Below are positions 10,987-21,993 of a stretch of 35,965 nt of DNA, piece by piece. The notes under the pieces were generated by a model that made no database searches, was not told where the DNA came from, and saw only the letters and a program-made list of their open reading frames with translations. Position 1 is the first letter of the stretch. Every line of letters starts with the position of its first letter. A program made the translations under genes and the position numbers. Source of the stretch: Trichomonas gallinae (taxonomy: Eukaryota); assembly GCA_008369845.1 (NCBI GenBank), contig MRSU01010037.1, positions 1 through 35,965 of the forward strand, in the 5' to 3' direction.

Positions 10987-13900
10987 TTATTTGGTCTTGA
11001 GATTGAGTTCGATTGATCTATTTCCAATGCTCTCCAAAACCTCGCTGGAGAGACCCATGTCTAGGCGATTACGTGCTTCGTTAACGAAGTATGTCATCAT
11101 GTCGCCTTTGCCCTTAAGGTAAACTTTTCCTCTTTCTTCGATGTGGAAGTCTAAGCCTTGGATCAAAGTCCTTGTGTTTTCGGAAATCTGGACTTTTCCT
11201 GGAATATCAGTAGACTGAAGTCTTGCTGCGACGTTGATTGGGTCGCCGATAATGTCGAATGTTGGTTTATCGGAGCCCAAAACACCGCCAATCAGTGGAC
11301 CGCCACTGTTGATGCCGATTCTGACTTCGAGGGAAGCACTTAACTTCATGTTGATTTCTTCCATAATCTTCTGGACAGCGATGCAAGCCTTGCAAGCATC
11401 TTCCGCGTGCTTTGGCGATGTGTCTTCTGGATCCTGGAAGAGACCAGCGGCAGCCATGTAGACGTCACCAATCAGTTTGATCTTTGTGATTGATTCGTAG
11501 TCTGCCATGATCTTGTCAAATGTTGCGAAAACTAAAGAAAGGTTTGCCATGATTTCAGATGGTGTCAAAAGTGAAGCATAAGCGGAGAACTTGACAATAT
11601 CGATGAAGAAGATTGAGCATCTTGGGATGACGAAAGAAATGTCTGTTTCGCCTCTGTTCAATTTGATAACGATGTCCTTTGGCAAAATCTGATAAAGCAA
11701 CTTTTCTGATTTAGCCTTTGCGAGTTCAGCATCTTTGGCCTTCTTGAGTTCTTCTTCTTCGTTTGTCAAAATGAAAACAACAGATTCGATCTTTGAAGAA
11801 CTTTCCTTGTCCTTCATGCCGATCATTGTCAAAGAGAACTGGAGCAATTTGTTCATGCAGTTGTAGAGTCTGATGTGGTCTGTCCAAACAGCAGAAACTT
11901 GTCCGGAAACCATCAAATGGATTTGGTTCTCAATTCTCTCCTTGTCTTCAGGATTCATGAAGTTGCCGATGTTTTGACCGAGCATTTGATCTGGTGTCAT
12001 TCCTGTGTTCTCTGTGAAGCTCTCGTTGACAATCTGGACGCTTGTGTTTTCGTTTGTGATAATGATGCACTCGCTGACCTTGTAAACGATTGACTTTGAT
12101 ACGGACATGATTTCGTCGTCTTTATGCTTGTGATTCTTTGTGAAGAAGTCTAAGATTTCTCTGTTGTTAACAATTGTCGATGGTGGAAGTCTCTGGAAGA
12201 GTGACATCAAAACTCTCCATGATGTCATCATAGCCTTGCTGTAGGAAAGGCAGATAACTGAATAAATAACGCACAAAACAATTCCCAAAATCATGTAAAC
12301 CAAGCACATAACCATTTGCTTGTCGAATGATGTCTTTGAGAGTTCTGCTATGTATTCGGATGTCTTGACGATGTTGGGGAAGATGTGCTCTTCAAGAATG
12401 TGCATCAAATTGATTGCGTACTCGTGATTAAGTGAGCCGTTGTAGATTTGATAGCGTCTGAGGACACCAGTGACGATGTCATCGAAGAAGTTCATCTGGT
12501 TTTTGAGGCTGGCGCAAGCATACATTTCGTGAACAGAGTCTGGGTTATGCTCTAACTGGCATGTCTCGCCAATCATCAGATTATCAAGTGTGTCATCGAA
12601 GCCGATCATTCTTTCTGTGTCACTATCTCCGTTGTAAATAGTTCTTTCTGTCTCCTCCAATTTCTTGAGCATAAATTCTGTTCTGTTGTGAATGTCAGCG
12701 AACGAAATGATGTTGTTTGTTGTTCTTCCATCTCCTAAAACAATCATTTCGATTGCATTAGAGCCGATTTCATTTGCTGTAACCATTCTCTTGGCGGAAA
12801 GATAGAACCAGTTGACGAACTTTGATGCTGCATTGTTTGTATTCATAGCTGTTAAACCGAGCATAACATAGAAGACAATGAGAACAATGAAAATTGCAAA
12901 GTGAATCATAACCAAAATGTTTGGCTTTTCTGAAATAGATGATTGCAACATTTGTGACTCAGTTGAGTTAAGATTCTCAACCATGATTGGGCTCTTAGCG
13001 GATTCTCTTGTTGGCTGTGGGAGTCTTAATAGCATCTTCAAAGCAGAGTTTACCATTGCGATGTAGAACTGGCAGACTAAAATTGTTGGAATGAAGATAA
13101 TGAAGAAGAGCAAAAGTGAACCAACAATCATGAAGTACATAATTGTCTTTGATGTCTGTGCTGTTTGATTTGTTTGGAAATCCAACAACTCTTCAAATAC
13201 AATGTGAGCCTGGTCTGATGTTGTGAACATGTTTCCTAAAGCTTGGCAGAAGAAGTCATCCTCGAAAATGTTGGCTCTAGCTTTTCCAAGAACGAAATCA
13301 CCGCCAATCCAGTTGTAGTCGAATGGGAGGAAGACAAGTAAATCATTCAGCGTTGCAGTGTAGTTTGCGACAATTTTGCCGCCAGCGCAAACTTGAAGAT
13401 GTGCGAGTTCCTGCAAAAAGTGTCTGGCCGCATTAAGGTTGTTATCTCCTTTTCCAATTTCAGCGATTGACTGAGTGAATGTGTTAAGGTAATCTCTCGA
13501 CTGGTTCAAGACGTAGTACATCAACATTGGATAGCTCATATTATCTGGGACCAAATTCTTGTTCTTCAGATTCTCATCAGCATCAAGATCTCCCAATTTC
13601 GTCCAATCACCATCGAACTTCTTTGCTCTTATAGCCCACTCGATCAATGTGAAGTGATGAGTATAATGGTTATAGAAAACAGAGTAAGCTAAGTTTGCGA
13701 TGTCGTTTGTTCCATTTCTTCTCCATGAAAGTAAATTCCTTACCTCGAAGTAGAAACCGATGAAAAAGGCCAAGCCGATAATTAATGTCAACAAACTTAT
13801 CTGTTGAATAATTTGAACGTGTCTCGGTCTCATATCTTTGATGCTTCTGTAGAAGGCAAGCCTGACTCTGCTCTCTCTGATGATGCTTGACTCGACAAAT

Positions 13901-15714
13901 TCTTCTGTTTCGATTTCGTTGAAGTTCACAGAGCCGCGAGATGAAGAATCATGGCTGCTTTGTTTAGATTCATCCTGGTTCTTCGATAAGATTCTTTTTC
14001 CTTTCGTGTCGAAAATTCTGTTCTTGAGATACTTGGGGAAGTAAGCAACCAAGCTTCTGAAACTCTGGTCGACGTTGAAGTTTTTGCCGTCTTGGATCAT
14101 TCCGTGCTTGATTTTCTGGATCAAAGCCTTGTCATAGTCACCTGTTGCTTCGATCAAGAAGTCGACGTATTCGCCGATAATTCTCAAGTTGTTCGGATTG
14201 TTCACCAAGGTGTATTCAAAGTTTCTCCTGACGTGCTCATTGTAATTGTTGATAGCTGTGAGATATCTGCTATGGCAGACAGTTTTATCGAAGAAAACTT
14301 TGACGTTTGATTTCGCTTGATCGTTCATGATTTTGAGCTTGGCGTAGATTTCGAGTGAATCCTTGGATCCTGAAACTAATCTCTGCGACTGAACTTTCTT
14401 GACTGCATAGACAAGATATCTGTCGTTGTAATTCAATTTCCTCAATGTCTTGATCTTCTTGAAAATCGCGTTAAGTTTCGTGCTGTCGCTTGGGAAGAAT
14501 GTCAATGCTTGTAAAGTCTGGCACCAAATTGATTCACCTTCTCCGTGATTGACTAAGTAATCGAGAAGAGAACCATCAGCTAAGTAATCGCAGCACTCAG
14601 CAATACCGACAACGATGTAAGACATTGTTTTGAGTGGATGTCTCTTGAATTCGAGTGATTCGAAATATTCTGTCAAATCCGTATTTTCCGGTTTATGTGT
14701 CATTTGATCTTTGACTTTGTTGATCTTGAATTTGAAGATGAAATGCGATGTGATATATGTGATGGTGCCGACAATTAAGAATACGATGATTGTGTAGTTG
14801 AATGTTGCCTGTGCGAAGTACATGATGATCGTGTATAAGTCCATTGCGATGCCTGTGCATGCAGCTGCGAAGAAAAACTTGTTTCTATTGAGCGTGTAGA
14901 AAGGAATAAACCACAGTCGGTAGGCCATCATGCCCGTCAACAATATGTGAACAATTGCTAAAGCCACGAAGTACCAGTTAGCGAAGTACCTTAAGACGGA
15001 CGATAAGACCAAAAGTGTCGTTGAGCTCATGAACCAGATCAAGAAAGGAATGCCGTCGAACATCTGGAATGTGAGCTTGATCAATATGATTTGCCTTGTC
15101 TTCAACACCAGGGAAATGAATATGAAAAGTGATGAAGACAACCAGCAGAAGAAGCCTAAAGCTGTCTGGATGACAAGTTTCTTGTTATAGTTATATTGAA
15201 GAGCGGCAATTCCGTGAGCTGCACAATAAACAGCAGGGACATTGACCAAAGGAAGACATGTGTCGAGGAATATGGCGCATATATATAAGAACGGTACCGG
15301 AGTTTTCAGATAAATCATGTCATAGCCTACAACAAATGTTAACCAATTTAATGCTGTGAAACATATTGCTGTTAGCACTAAAACTAAGATTAAATGGTCT
15401 GATTCGAGTTCTAGGGGATCTGCGAAATAGATACATTTGAAAAATATCTTATAAACGGATTTCCATTTTCCTGATAATCTAGTCATTGGGTCGCTGAATG
15501 GCCAAATTGCAATAACAAGCATTTGTATTGACATGTATAATGCTGTGAGGCTATTAAACCAAGCAGGGAATTTACAATTTAACATTGTCTGGTCGAAAAC
15601 TGGAAATACTAAATCTAATAGGTGTAATTTAGACTTTCCATTCGCGCTGTTATCGTTGCTTTGCGAAAGACCACTAACAGACGCTTGGGAAACAGACTTC
15701 TCTGACGGGTTCAT
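10987..15714 (-). CDS. Multi-pass transmembrane adenylyl cyclase with PAS domain (class III), about 1575 aa
   Basis: Many N-terminal TM segments and a PAS segment CIIITNENTSVQIVNESF. Catalytic motifs FFIDIVKFS, KIKLIGDVYM and FDIIGDPINVAARL retain both metal Asp, the ATP-specifying Lys/Asp and the Asn/Arg pair. Probable start is ATG 15714 (MNPSEKS). Confidence 0.93.
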   Translation of the reverse strand: MNPSEKSVSQASVSGLSQSNDNSANGKSKLHLLDLVFPVFDQTMLNCKFPAWFNSLTALYMSIQMLVIAIWPFSDPMTRLSGKWKSVYKIFFKCIYFADPLELESDHLILVLVLTAICFTALNWLTFVVGYDMIYLKTPVPFLYICAIFLDTCLPLVNVPAVYCAAHGIAALQYNYNKKLVIQTALGFFCWLSSSLFIFISLVLKTRQIILIKLTFQMFDGIPFLIWFMSSTTLLVLSSVLRYFANWYFVALAIVHILLTGMMAYRLWFIPFYTLNRNKFFFAAACTGIAMDLYTIIMYFAQATFNYTIIVFLIVGTITYITSHFIFKFKINKVKDQMTHKPENTDLTEYFESLEFKRHPLKTMSYIVVGIAECCDYLADGSLLDYLVNHGEGESIWCQTLQALTFFPSDSTKLNAIFKKIKTLRKLNYNDRYLVYAVKKVQSQRLVSGSKDSLEIYAKLKIMNDQAKSNVKVFFDKTVCHSRYLTAINNYNEHVRRNFEYTLVNNPNNLRIIGEYVDFLIEATGDYDKALIQKIKHGMIQDGKNFNVDQSFRSLVAYFPKYLKNRIFDTKGKRILSKNQDESKQSSHDSSSRGSVNFNEIETEEFVESSIIRESRVRLAFYRSIKDMRPRHVQIIQQISLLTLIIGLAFFIGFYFEVRNLLSWRRNGTNDIANLAYSVFYNHYTHHFTLIEWAIRAKKFDGDWTKLGDLDADENLKNKNLVPDNMSYPMLMYYVLNQSRDYLNTFTQSIAEIGKGDNNLNAARHFLQELAHLQVCAGGKIVANYTATLNDLLVFLPFDYNWIGGDFVLGKARANIFEDDFFCQALGNMFTTSDQAHIVFEELLDFQTNQTAQTSKTIMYFMIVGSLLLFFIIFIPTILVCQFYIAMVNSALKMLLRLPQPTRESAKSPIMVENLNSTESQMLQSSISEKPNILVMIHFAIFIVLIVFYVMLGLTAMNTNNAASKFVNWFYLSAKRMVTANEIGSNAIEMIVLGDGRTTNNIISFADIHNRTEFMLKKLEETERTIYNGDSDTERMIGFDDTLDNLMIGETCQLEHNPDSVHEMYACASLKNQMNFFDDIVTGVLRRYQIYNGSLNHEYAINLMHILEEHIFPNIVKTSEYIAELSKTSFDKQMVMCLVYMILGIVLCVIYSVICLSYSKAMMTSWRVLMSLFQRLPPSTIVNNREILDFFTKNHKHKDDEIMSVSKSIVYKVSECIIITNENTSVQIVNESFTENTGMTPDQMLGQNIGNFMNPEDKERIENQIHLMVSGQVSAVWTDHIRLYNCMNKLLQFSLTMIGMKDKESSSKIESVVFILTNEEEELKKAKDAELAKAKSEKLLYQILPKDIVIKLNRGETDISFVIPRCSIFFIDIVKFSAYASLLTPSEIMANLSLVFATFDKIMADYESITKIKLIGDVYMAAAGLFQDPEDTSPKHAEDACKACIAVQKIMEEINMKLSASLEVRIGINSGGPLIGGVLGSDKPTFDIIGDPINVAARLQSTDIPGKVQISENTRTLIQGLDFHIEERGKVYLKGKGDMMTYFVNEARNRLDMGLSSEVLESIGNRSIELNLKTK

Positions 15715-17725
15715 AAATTTTAAAATTTTCAAAGAAAAACGAAAAAAATAATAAAATAAAGCAAAATAATTAATACGATGACCACAAATAATTGTTCGTC
15801 CGGTAATCAACTTTTGAAAACCATGAATCAAAAATATCGATTCAATTTTGAGACATCTGATGATTTGTTATTAGACATTTTAGTCTTCCCACTAAATCAA
15901 ACAATATTTAAATAGAAATTTTCACTTCCTAAATTCTCTCTGAAAAATTGAAACTGAATGCATCGAAATTTAAGCAAAACTCAATATTTTAATATTTTGC
16001 TCATTAACAATCATAGAATAAAATATCAAATTTGAGTTCATGTCAATGAAAAATCAAAATAAAATATTATTATTTATTATATAATATTGGATATAAATAT
16101 GAAATTATGTTTATCTGAATTTATCTCAATAAAAATTATAAAAAAGAATACAATTAATACATTGTGAATAAACAATTTTATAAATTCGAAATTTTGAGAT
16201 ATATTTTTTTAAAAAAATTGCAGCGTCTTTATTAGATTACAAGACTGATTTTTGCACGAGCAAGGAGAAAAATCCGTTATCGATTTTTATGAATAAAATT
16301 GCAATTTTGAGAGCGATAGATTATTTAACGTTCATCACTTCATATTTTGATATGCGCATCAAAATTCTCTTTTAATGACAACATTATGCATACAGTTCGA
16401 GTTTTGCGAATAAATATGAAATTTTGGATCTCGAGAATCCTGAAAATGTAAAGAAAACCTTGCGGGTTGTTACGCGTATATATTTTCCCGTATATCTATG
16501 CTAAATATGATACTCATTTTAAATAACAATGAATGTTGCATTCTTGCCAATAATTCTACTGGCAAAATATGGCTTTATTTTTCGATGATATGCTCGTATA
16601 TCACAAGATATTGCAAAATATTTAGTAAAATTAATTTATCACCACTAAGCCAAATTTGTTATTGTTTCATGTATGCATGATTACCTATTTTTTATTCGAA
16701 ACCTGCCTTAATCTGTCAATGGTGATCATTGGCAACATCATATTTCGTTGAATTGTTAGAGATTAAGAATCGAGATTATGTTTCATTGGGTGTTTTATTG
16801 CAAACATGATACAAATATCATCCAATAGACAAGATGCAGGGTTCAGCATATGAGAATATGAAATTCCTTGTTTCCTCATTGATTTGGATTGGTTTTAATC
16901 GGTTAAATTGGTCTGAGACACGATATATTGTCAATGTATACACTAACGGAAGATATCATTAGGGAAATAGCTTTTTTAAGTAAAATAATTTTGATAAATT
17001 GTATTTTCATTGAGATATTTCAATTTTGGATAATTAAATAGATTTCAAATTTAAGAAGCCTTCATGTTAAACTTACATTTTGAAGTTTTGATTGATGAAA
17101 GTCAATTTTCCTTCTTCAATGTCTAAGCCACGTTATTTTAATAATGCTCATAAGTGTGTAGACAAGTACAGATATTTAAGCATTCCAAAATCACATTCAT
17201 CTTTTGAACAAATATTATTATGGATATATCTATTTTTATTCAAGAAATATATAATACACATTATATCAATCGAAATGGTCAATCGACATTTGATGATTTC
17301 GTTAGTGATAGGCGTATTTGCTATTGAAGAATCTGAGACATAATATATTAATAATATGTGCTGAAACATTATTATATCTTAAATTTTACTAGTTAAAAGA
17401 CAAATATATTATTTCGAATATATTTCTTTAAGCGATAATCTGAAGCCTTCTCATACAAAATAGATATTACATGATGAGTAGAACATGTATATTTATTGTT
17501 CATTGAGAATTATTAAAATTTATTATTTTGATAAAAGACTTGATAATTTAGCATTACATACATGTATAGAATTCGATAAATTCAATTAAATTATCAAAAA
17601 TTGGATATTTATTAATGAAATTTAAATTTTAAAAATTTCGCGATTTTGGATTGAAAAATAGATTTATTACAATATATAGGTGCTATAATTAAATTAAAAA
17701 TCCGATTTTTATTTGATGCAAAAAT

Positions 17726-17733
17726 GACCGTTT
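17726..17733 (+). promoter_or_regulatory. M3-like core promoter motif GACCGTTT
   Basis: Matches the RRCSGYT consensus recalled for T. vaginalis M3; ends 8 nt before the ATG at 17742. Confidence 0.35.
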
Positions 17734-17741
17734 AATAAATA

Positions 17742-20700
17742 ATGTCGTCGAAGGATGCTGAGGAGATTCTCGACATCCTGAGCGAGTTTGGCATTAATAC
17801 ACTGGATGAGGAGGTATTTCACGCTATGAAACGAGGGGATTTAATAGAATTCACTCAATCTATATCGGAATTACCTCAAATTACATTAAATAACGTGTCA
17901 AGAATCAAACAAATTACGAAAATACTTCGTCAATGGTGTAAAAAAGAGAATCAGTCTGATCTCTGGGCCTCTTTAAGAGAATTAGACGTAAAAGCTGATA
18001 GAATCGAATTGTTATCTTTTTATTTACTCCAAAGTGGCGAAGATTTCATACCAGAAGGTACATCAATGTACATGACCTTGCTTTCTATGGAACCCGCGCT
18101 TTCTATTTGGAATCCAATTTTATTCCGCCCATTTCTAGGCATTTTAGCGCAAGCTGCACAGATAATAGAAGAAGGTGGAGCCTTGACAAACGAAACAGAA
18201 AAGAAATTACGCTTAACAGTTGAAGTTTTCCCAATGATCTTACAATGTTTCTCAAATTCTTTCGTAAACATGATTGGAGACGACGTATACATGGCTCTTG
18301 CTGAAGTAACAATTAAGCTCGCATCAGGATTTAGGCCAGAATACGAACAATTCAGCAATCAGCTGCAAACTACGAGTTTCACATTATTAGCAAAAATGTT
18401 TGAAGTAAAAACAGATGTAATACTTCAATACGTTGTCCCTTGGGCTCTGCTACAATTTGCATCAAGTGCAACAACATTAACAGCAAGATTGGAAAGACTT
18501 TCGGAAAAAATTAATCAACTTCTCTTAAAATCGGTCAAAAATACAGATCCATACTACGTAACATTCATAAAACACCTTATACTACGTGTACCCGAGCGTA
18601 CACATCTTAAAAACAGAGCTACAGTTTTAGTTTTCGAATTGATCAAATATTCCGACTGCCAGCGCGAATTGATACAGTTTATCCTCAAAGTTTCGCAGTC
18701 CAACAAAGTCTCATCAAGAGTCTTCACTTGCACGTTAATTGCAATGATTGTTGTGAGAATTCATGAATTATTCGCAAATTCTGACGAAAGAGGCGATGTT
18801 CTCGTTGAATTGCTTGTTGTCCTCAAGAAACATTTGATCAACAGAGCACCAAGCGTCAGAGCAACAGCTTTGGCAAGCTTTTCGACAATTATTTCAAATC
18901 TCAAAAATCATGAAGATAAAGGCTTGATATTGGAGACAATTGACAGCGACAAGTTCATGATAAAGATCTTGAAGGCAAGATCAGTTGATGAGAAGCTTGT
19001 TGTAAGAAGAGCATCATTGGATTGCATCAGAGAAATCATTTACAGCAGAGAATCAGTTCCAGACGATTCTCTTATCGATATAATTGTTGAAAGAATCAGA
19101 GATTGGAGTGTTTCAATAAGAGTTTCAGCATTAAAAATCATGAGCGATTTACTTGAATCATTCAGCAATCAAGAGAGACTCCACAGGTTATGGCTCGATG
19201 CTGTTTTGCCATTGATTGAAGATCCAGAACAATCAGTTCAAAAAGAGGCAATTGAATCAATAAGACATCATTTGATTAAGCCAGTAATTGCAGGCTCACC
19301 AGAAATGTTCACTAAAATCATGCATAAACAAGACTACGAATTCTTGGGTCACGTTTTCCTTTACATGAGGATGCATTCGATTGATTTATCTCCTCTCTGC
19401 AGGGCACTGACAAAATTCGTCGTCAATCGTGAAAGCGACATGAACAGGCCTTACTGGAGAATGCTAGAAAGTCTTGCTTCCATTGTTAAAAGCTCATTCA
19501 AGAAAGAAACATTTGGAAATCTTTGGTATCGAAGAGATATTATGCCACCAGAGTACTATGGCACACTTGCCAATCTCGAATTTTCATCAGATGAAATCCA
19601 TGCTGATTTAATTACAATGATTAATAATTTAGTCGAAGAAGGCGGCAGATATCTTTTATCTCACGAAATCATGAAGTTGTTCAAGGTTCAAAAGATCGGT
19701 GATGACACAGAAATCATGCAATTCATCGAATCATGCATGAATAAAATCAATTCTGTCGCTGCAGAAGAACACGGCGAGGTTACAAACGTTAAAGCATTCG
19801 CACAGACAGTCTTTATGGTCGGAGAACTGATTGCTTGCTTAAACGATCCAAAGAGAACAAATGATGTCGATTTTACTGGCCTTCAACTTCTTTTGAGCAG
19901 AAAACTTCCAAATGGAAACGAAATTCCAACACTTGTCCGCACAGTTACAGTCACAGCATTAGGCAAGTTATGCTTAGCAAGGAAAGACATATCAAATGCT
20001 TTCGCGTCAGCTTTTGTCAATCAAATTATGTCAGATTCTTCGTCCGAAGTCAAGGCGAACTGTTTGATTGTCTTGTGCGACATGTGCGTTGCTTATTCAG
20101 CAATTGTCGAACCGCACGTTCAGTCTGTCACCAACTCATTATGTGACAGACGTCCAGCAGTCAGAAGACAAGCGCTCAATGTTTTGACGCGATTAATCTG
20201 CGAAGACTTCTTGAAGATGAATCCTTTGTTGTTCTTTAGATTTTTGTATTCGATAACAGACGAAAACGTCGAAGTTGCACATTTCGCAAGGATCTGCTTG
20301 TTCTCAGTCATTGTTCCTAAATTCCCGAACATTCTCAAGCAGTATTTCATTGACACATTGATGTACTTCACTGACTGTGAAATTGCTTCACTCGCAGAAA
20401 ACGAAGAAATCAAGAAACGATTCAAATTCAAGACAGACGAAAGACGCATTAAGGTTTACAAATTATTGATTGCTCCTATGAGCGAAGTCATGCTTTTCCA
20501 GTTAATACAAGACATATTCGGTCGCGTTATTGATAGATTCATCAAATCGGAATTCAATCTCAAGAATCATTCGACTTTGCTTTCCGATGCATTCCAGGCG
20601 TTGCTGATGATGGAAGATAAATTGCATTCGTCAACGAAGACTGAAGCCAATACAGATGAAGGCACGGAGATGGAGAGAGCAATCGAGGCATCGAAGACAG

Positions 20701-21137
20701 CAATAAACTTGATGCACAACACGATGATCAATACGATGATGACGAACTTGAAGAAAATACACCAGCTCGTCAGAGAAGCGAATTCTCCATTACAAAAACT
20801 TATCAAGAAGTTCTACAAAGTCTTGTGCGACAACGAGAAGGACTTCTTGCAGGATCTAGAGAGAACAGAGCCGATTCTTGCAGCTGAAATTAAGGAAGAA
20901 ATGCGCATCGAAGAGGCAGAGAAAGTCGAAGACGAAGATGATACAGAGAAGAAGTCTCCACAGACAATTTCGATCTTCAACTCTCCACTTCTCAAGAAGA
21001 TCCACAATACTCCTATTTCGCTCTTGTGCTCGCCAGCCAAGCCACAGGAGCAAGCTTTGTTAGTCACGCCGAGGAAGCAAAGACTTGTTAGAGAGTTCTC
21101 AACTCCTCCACACGGCCCGGATGATTTTTCTGATTAA
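17742..21137 (+). CDS. NCAPD3: Condensin II HEAT subunit CAP-D3 (Cnd1 domain)
   Basis: HEAT repeats (APSVRATAL, DEKLVVRRASL, DWSVSIRVSAL, WLDAVLPLIEDPEQSVQ) and ALGKLCL...NCLIVLCDMCVAYSAIVEPHV...VRRQAL...LFFRFL, closer to CAP-D3 than to CAP-D2. Confidence 0.85.
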   Translation: MSSKDAEEILDILSEFGINTLDEEVFHAMKRGDLIEFTQSISELPQITLNNVSRIKQITKILRQWCKKENQSDLWASLRELDVKADRIELLSFYLLQSGEDFIPEGTSMYMTLLSMEPALSIWNPILFRPFLGILAQAAQIIEEGGALTNETEKKLRLTVEVFPMILQCFSNSFVNMIGDDVYMALAEVTIKLASGFRPEYEQFSNQLQTTSFTLLAKMFEVKTDVILQYVVPWALLQFASSATTLTARLERLSEKINQLLLKSVKNTDPYYVTFIKHLILRVPERTHLKNRATVLVFELIKYSDCQRELIQFILKVSQSNKVSSRVFTCTLIAMIVVRIHELFANSDERGDVLVELLVVLKKHLINRAPSVRATALASFSTIISNLKNHEDKGLILETIDSDKFMIKILKARSVDEKLVVRRASLDCIREIIYSRESVPDDSLIDIIVERIRDWSVSIRVSALKIMSDLLESFSNQERLHRLWLDAVLPLIEDPEQSVQKEAIESIRHHLIKPVIAGSPEMFTKIMHKQDYEFLGHVFLYMRMHSIDLSPLCRALTKFVVNRESDMNRPYWRMLESLASIVKSSFKKETFGNLWYRRDIMPPEYYGTLANLEFSSDEIHADLITMINNLVEEGGRYLLSHEIMKLFKVQKIGDDTEIMQFIESCMNKINSVAAEEHGEVTNVKAFAQTVFMVGELIACLNDPKRTNDVDFTGLQLLLSRKLPNGNEIPTLVRTVTVTALGKLCLARKDISNAFASAFVNQIMSDSSSEVKANCLIVLCDMCVAYSAIVEPHVQSVTNSLCDRRPAVRRQALNVLTRLICEDFLKMNPLLFFRFLYSITDENVEVAHFARICLFSVIVPKFPNILKQYFIDTLMYFTDCEIASLAENEEIKKRFKFKTDERRIKVYKLLIAPMSEVMLFQLIQDIFGRVIDRFIKSEFNLKNHSTLLSDAFQALLMMEDKLHSSTKTEANTDEGTEMERAIEASKTAINLMHNTMINTMMTNLKKIHQLVREANSPLQKLIKKFYKVLCDNEKDFLQDLERTEPILAAEIKEEMRIEEAEKVEDEDDTEKKSPQTISIFNSPLLKKIHNTPISLLCSPAKPQEQALLVTPRKQRLVREFSTPPHGPDDFSD

Positions 21138-21492
21138 ATATATTTATGAATTTATTTTTTATTACAATTATATCATTATTTCCCTCATTAACAGGCTTCT
21201 AGATTACAATTTTTTCAATTGATAATTTTTTTTTTTTTTCAATAACCAAAATGTGTAGTAAAAATTTGTTATGTACTGTAGCTATCTATATTTTAGCATT
21301 AACAAGAGTCAAATATTTTTTGAATATAATCATTTAAATTCCATTTGCATAATTAATTATGGGTCAAGTATAGACTTTTGGCATGTTTAATTTTAGCATC
21401 CAAAGAATTTTGATAAATAAAAAATTAATTTTGGATTTTTCGTATAACAAACAGATTTATAACAAATAGAACAACAAGAGGATAATAATGAT

Positions 21493-21993
21493 CTATTTTC
21501 TGAATCCTTGGTAAGGTCTTAGCAAAGATTCTTTCATTGGTATTGTAAATGCACGCACAGAGAGCTTAGAACGACTAGAATCTTCAGGAAACTCGTCGGG
21601 GTTGAAAGGTTCAAGGGCTGGCTCCAAAGCTGGTATTATTTTTCGTTTATTTCGTTGGCAAATGATTCTCTCGATTCCGTATTTATTTCTTTCCTTGACA
21701 AGTGATCTAGTGCCTGGAAGAACTAACTTTTTGCGAGGAGATAATGGTTTCAAGATCATTTTACGTAATAAATCTTCTTTTGTACCACCGACGCCTCTCT
21801 TAGGTGGTGGAGGTGGAGGAGGCTTTTTATCTCCATTGATTACCGTTAAGAATGATTGAGCTCCCGAATACATGTTGATTGTTTGCGTTGTCCAGTTGGT
21901 TGGCTTCTTCTGGTCTTCCAATGGCATACTTAAGAATGTGTCTAAAGCTGGATCCCACGTCAATGGAATTTCAAAGTCATCTTCCTCTTCCAT
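21493..21993 (-). CDS. Hypothetical protein with polyproline tract (166 aa)
   Basis: ATG-started ORF with coding-like GC between AT-rich flanks; acidic N-terminus and KKPPPPPPPKR. Confidence 0.7.
   Translation of the reverse strand: MEEEDDFEIPLTWDPALDTFLSMPLEDQKKPTNWTTQTINMYSGAQSFLTVINGDKKPPPPPPPKRGVGGTKEDLLRKMILKPLSPRKKLVLPGTRSLVKERNKYGIERIICQRNKRKIIPALEPALEPFNPDEFPEDSSRSKLSVRAFTIPMKESLLRPYQGFRK

Noticed and set aside
11158..14310. Short antisense ORFs inside the cyclase (and similar ones inside CAP-D3, the second cyclase, the kinase and the last gene)
   Set aside because: Shadow ORFs expected from codon bias; no recognisable motifs.
16230..17400. Protein-like fragments on the minus strand, including ORF 17148-17369
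   Set aside because: Many stops and frame changes with no recognisable family; possibly an old pseudogene but not supportable by eye.
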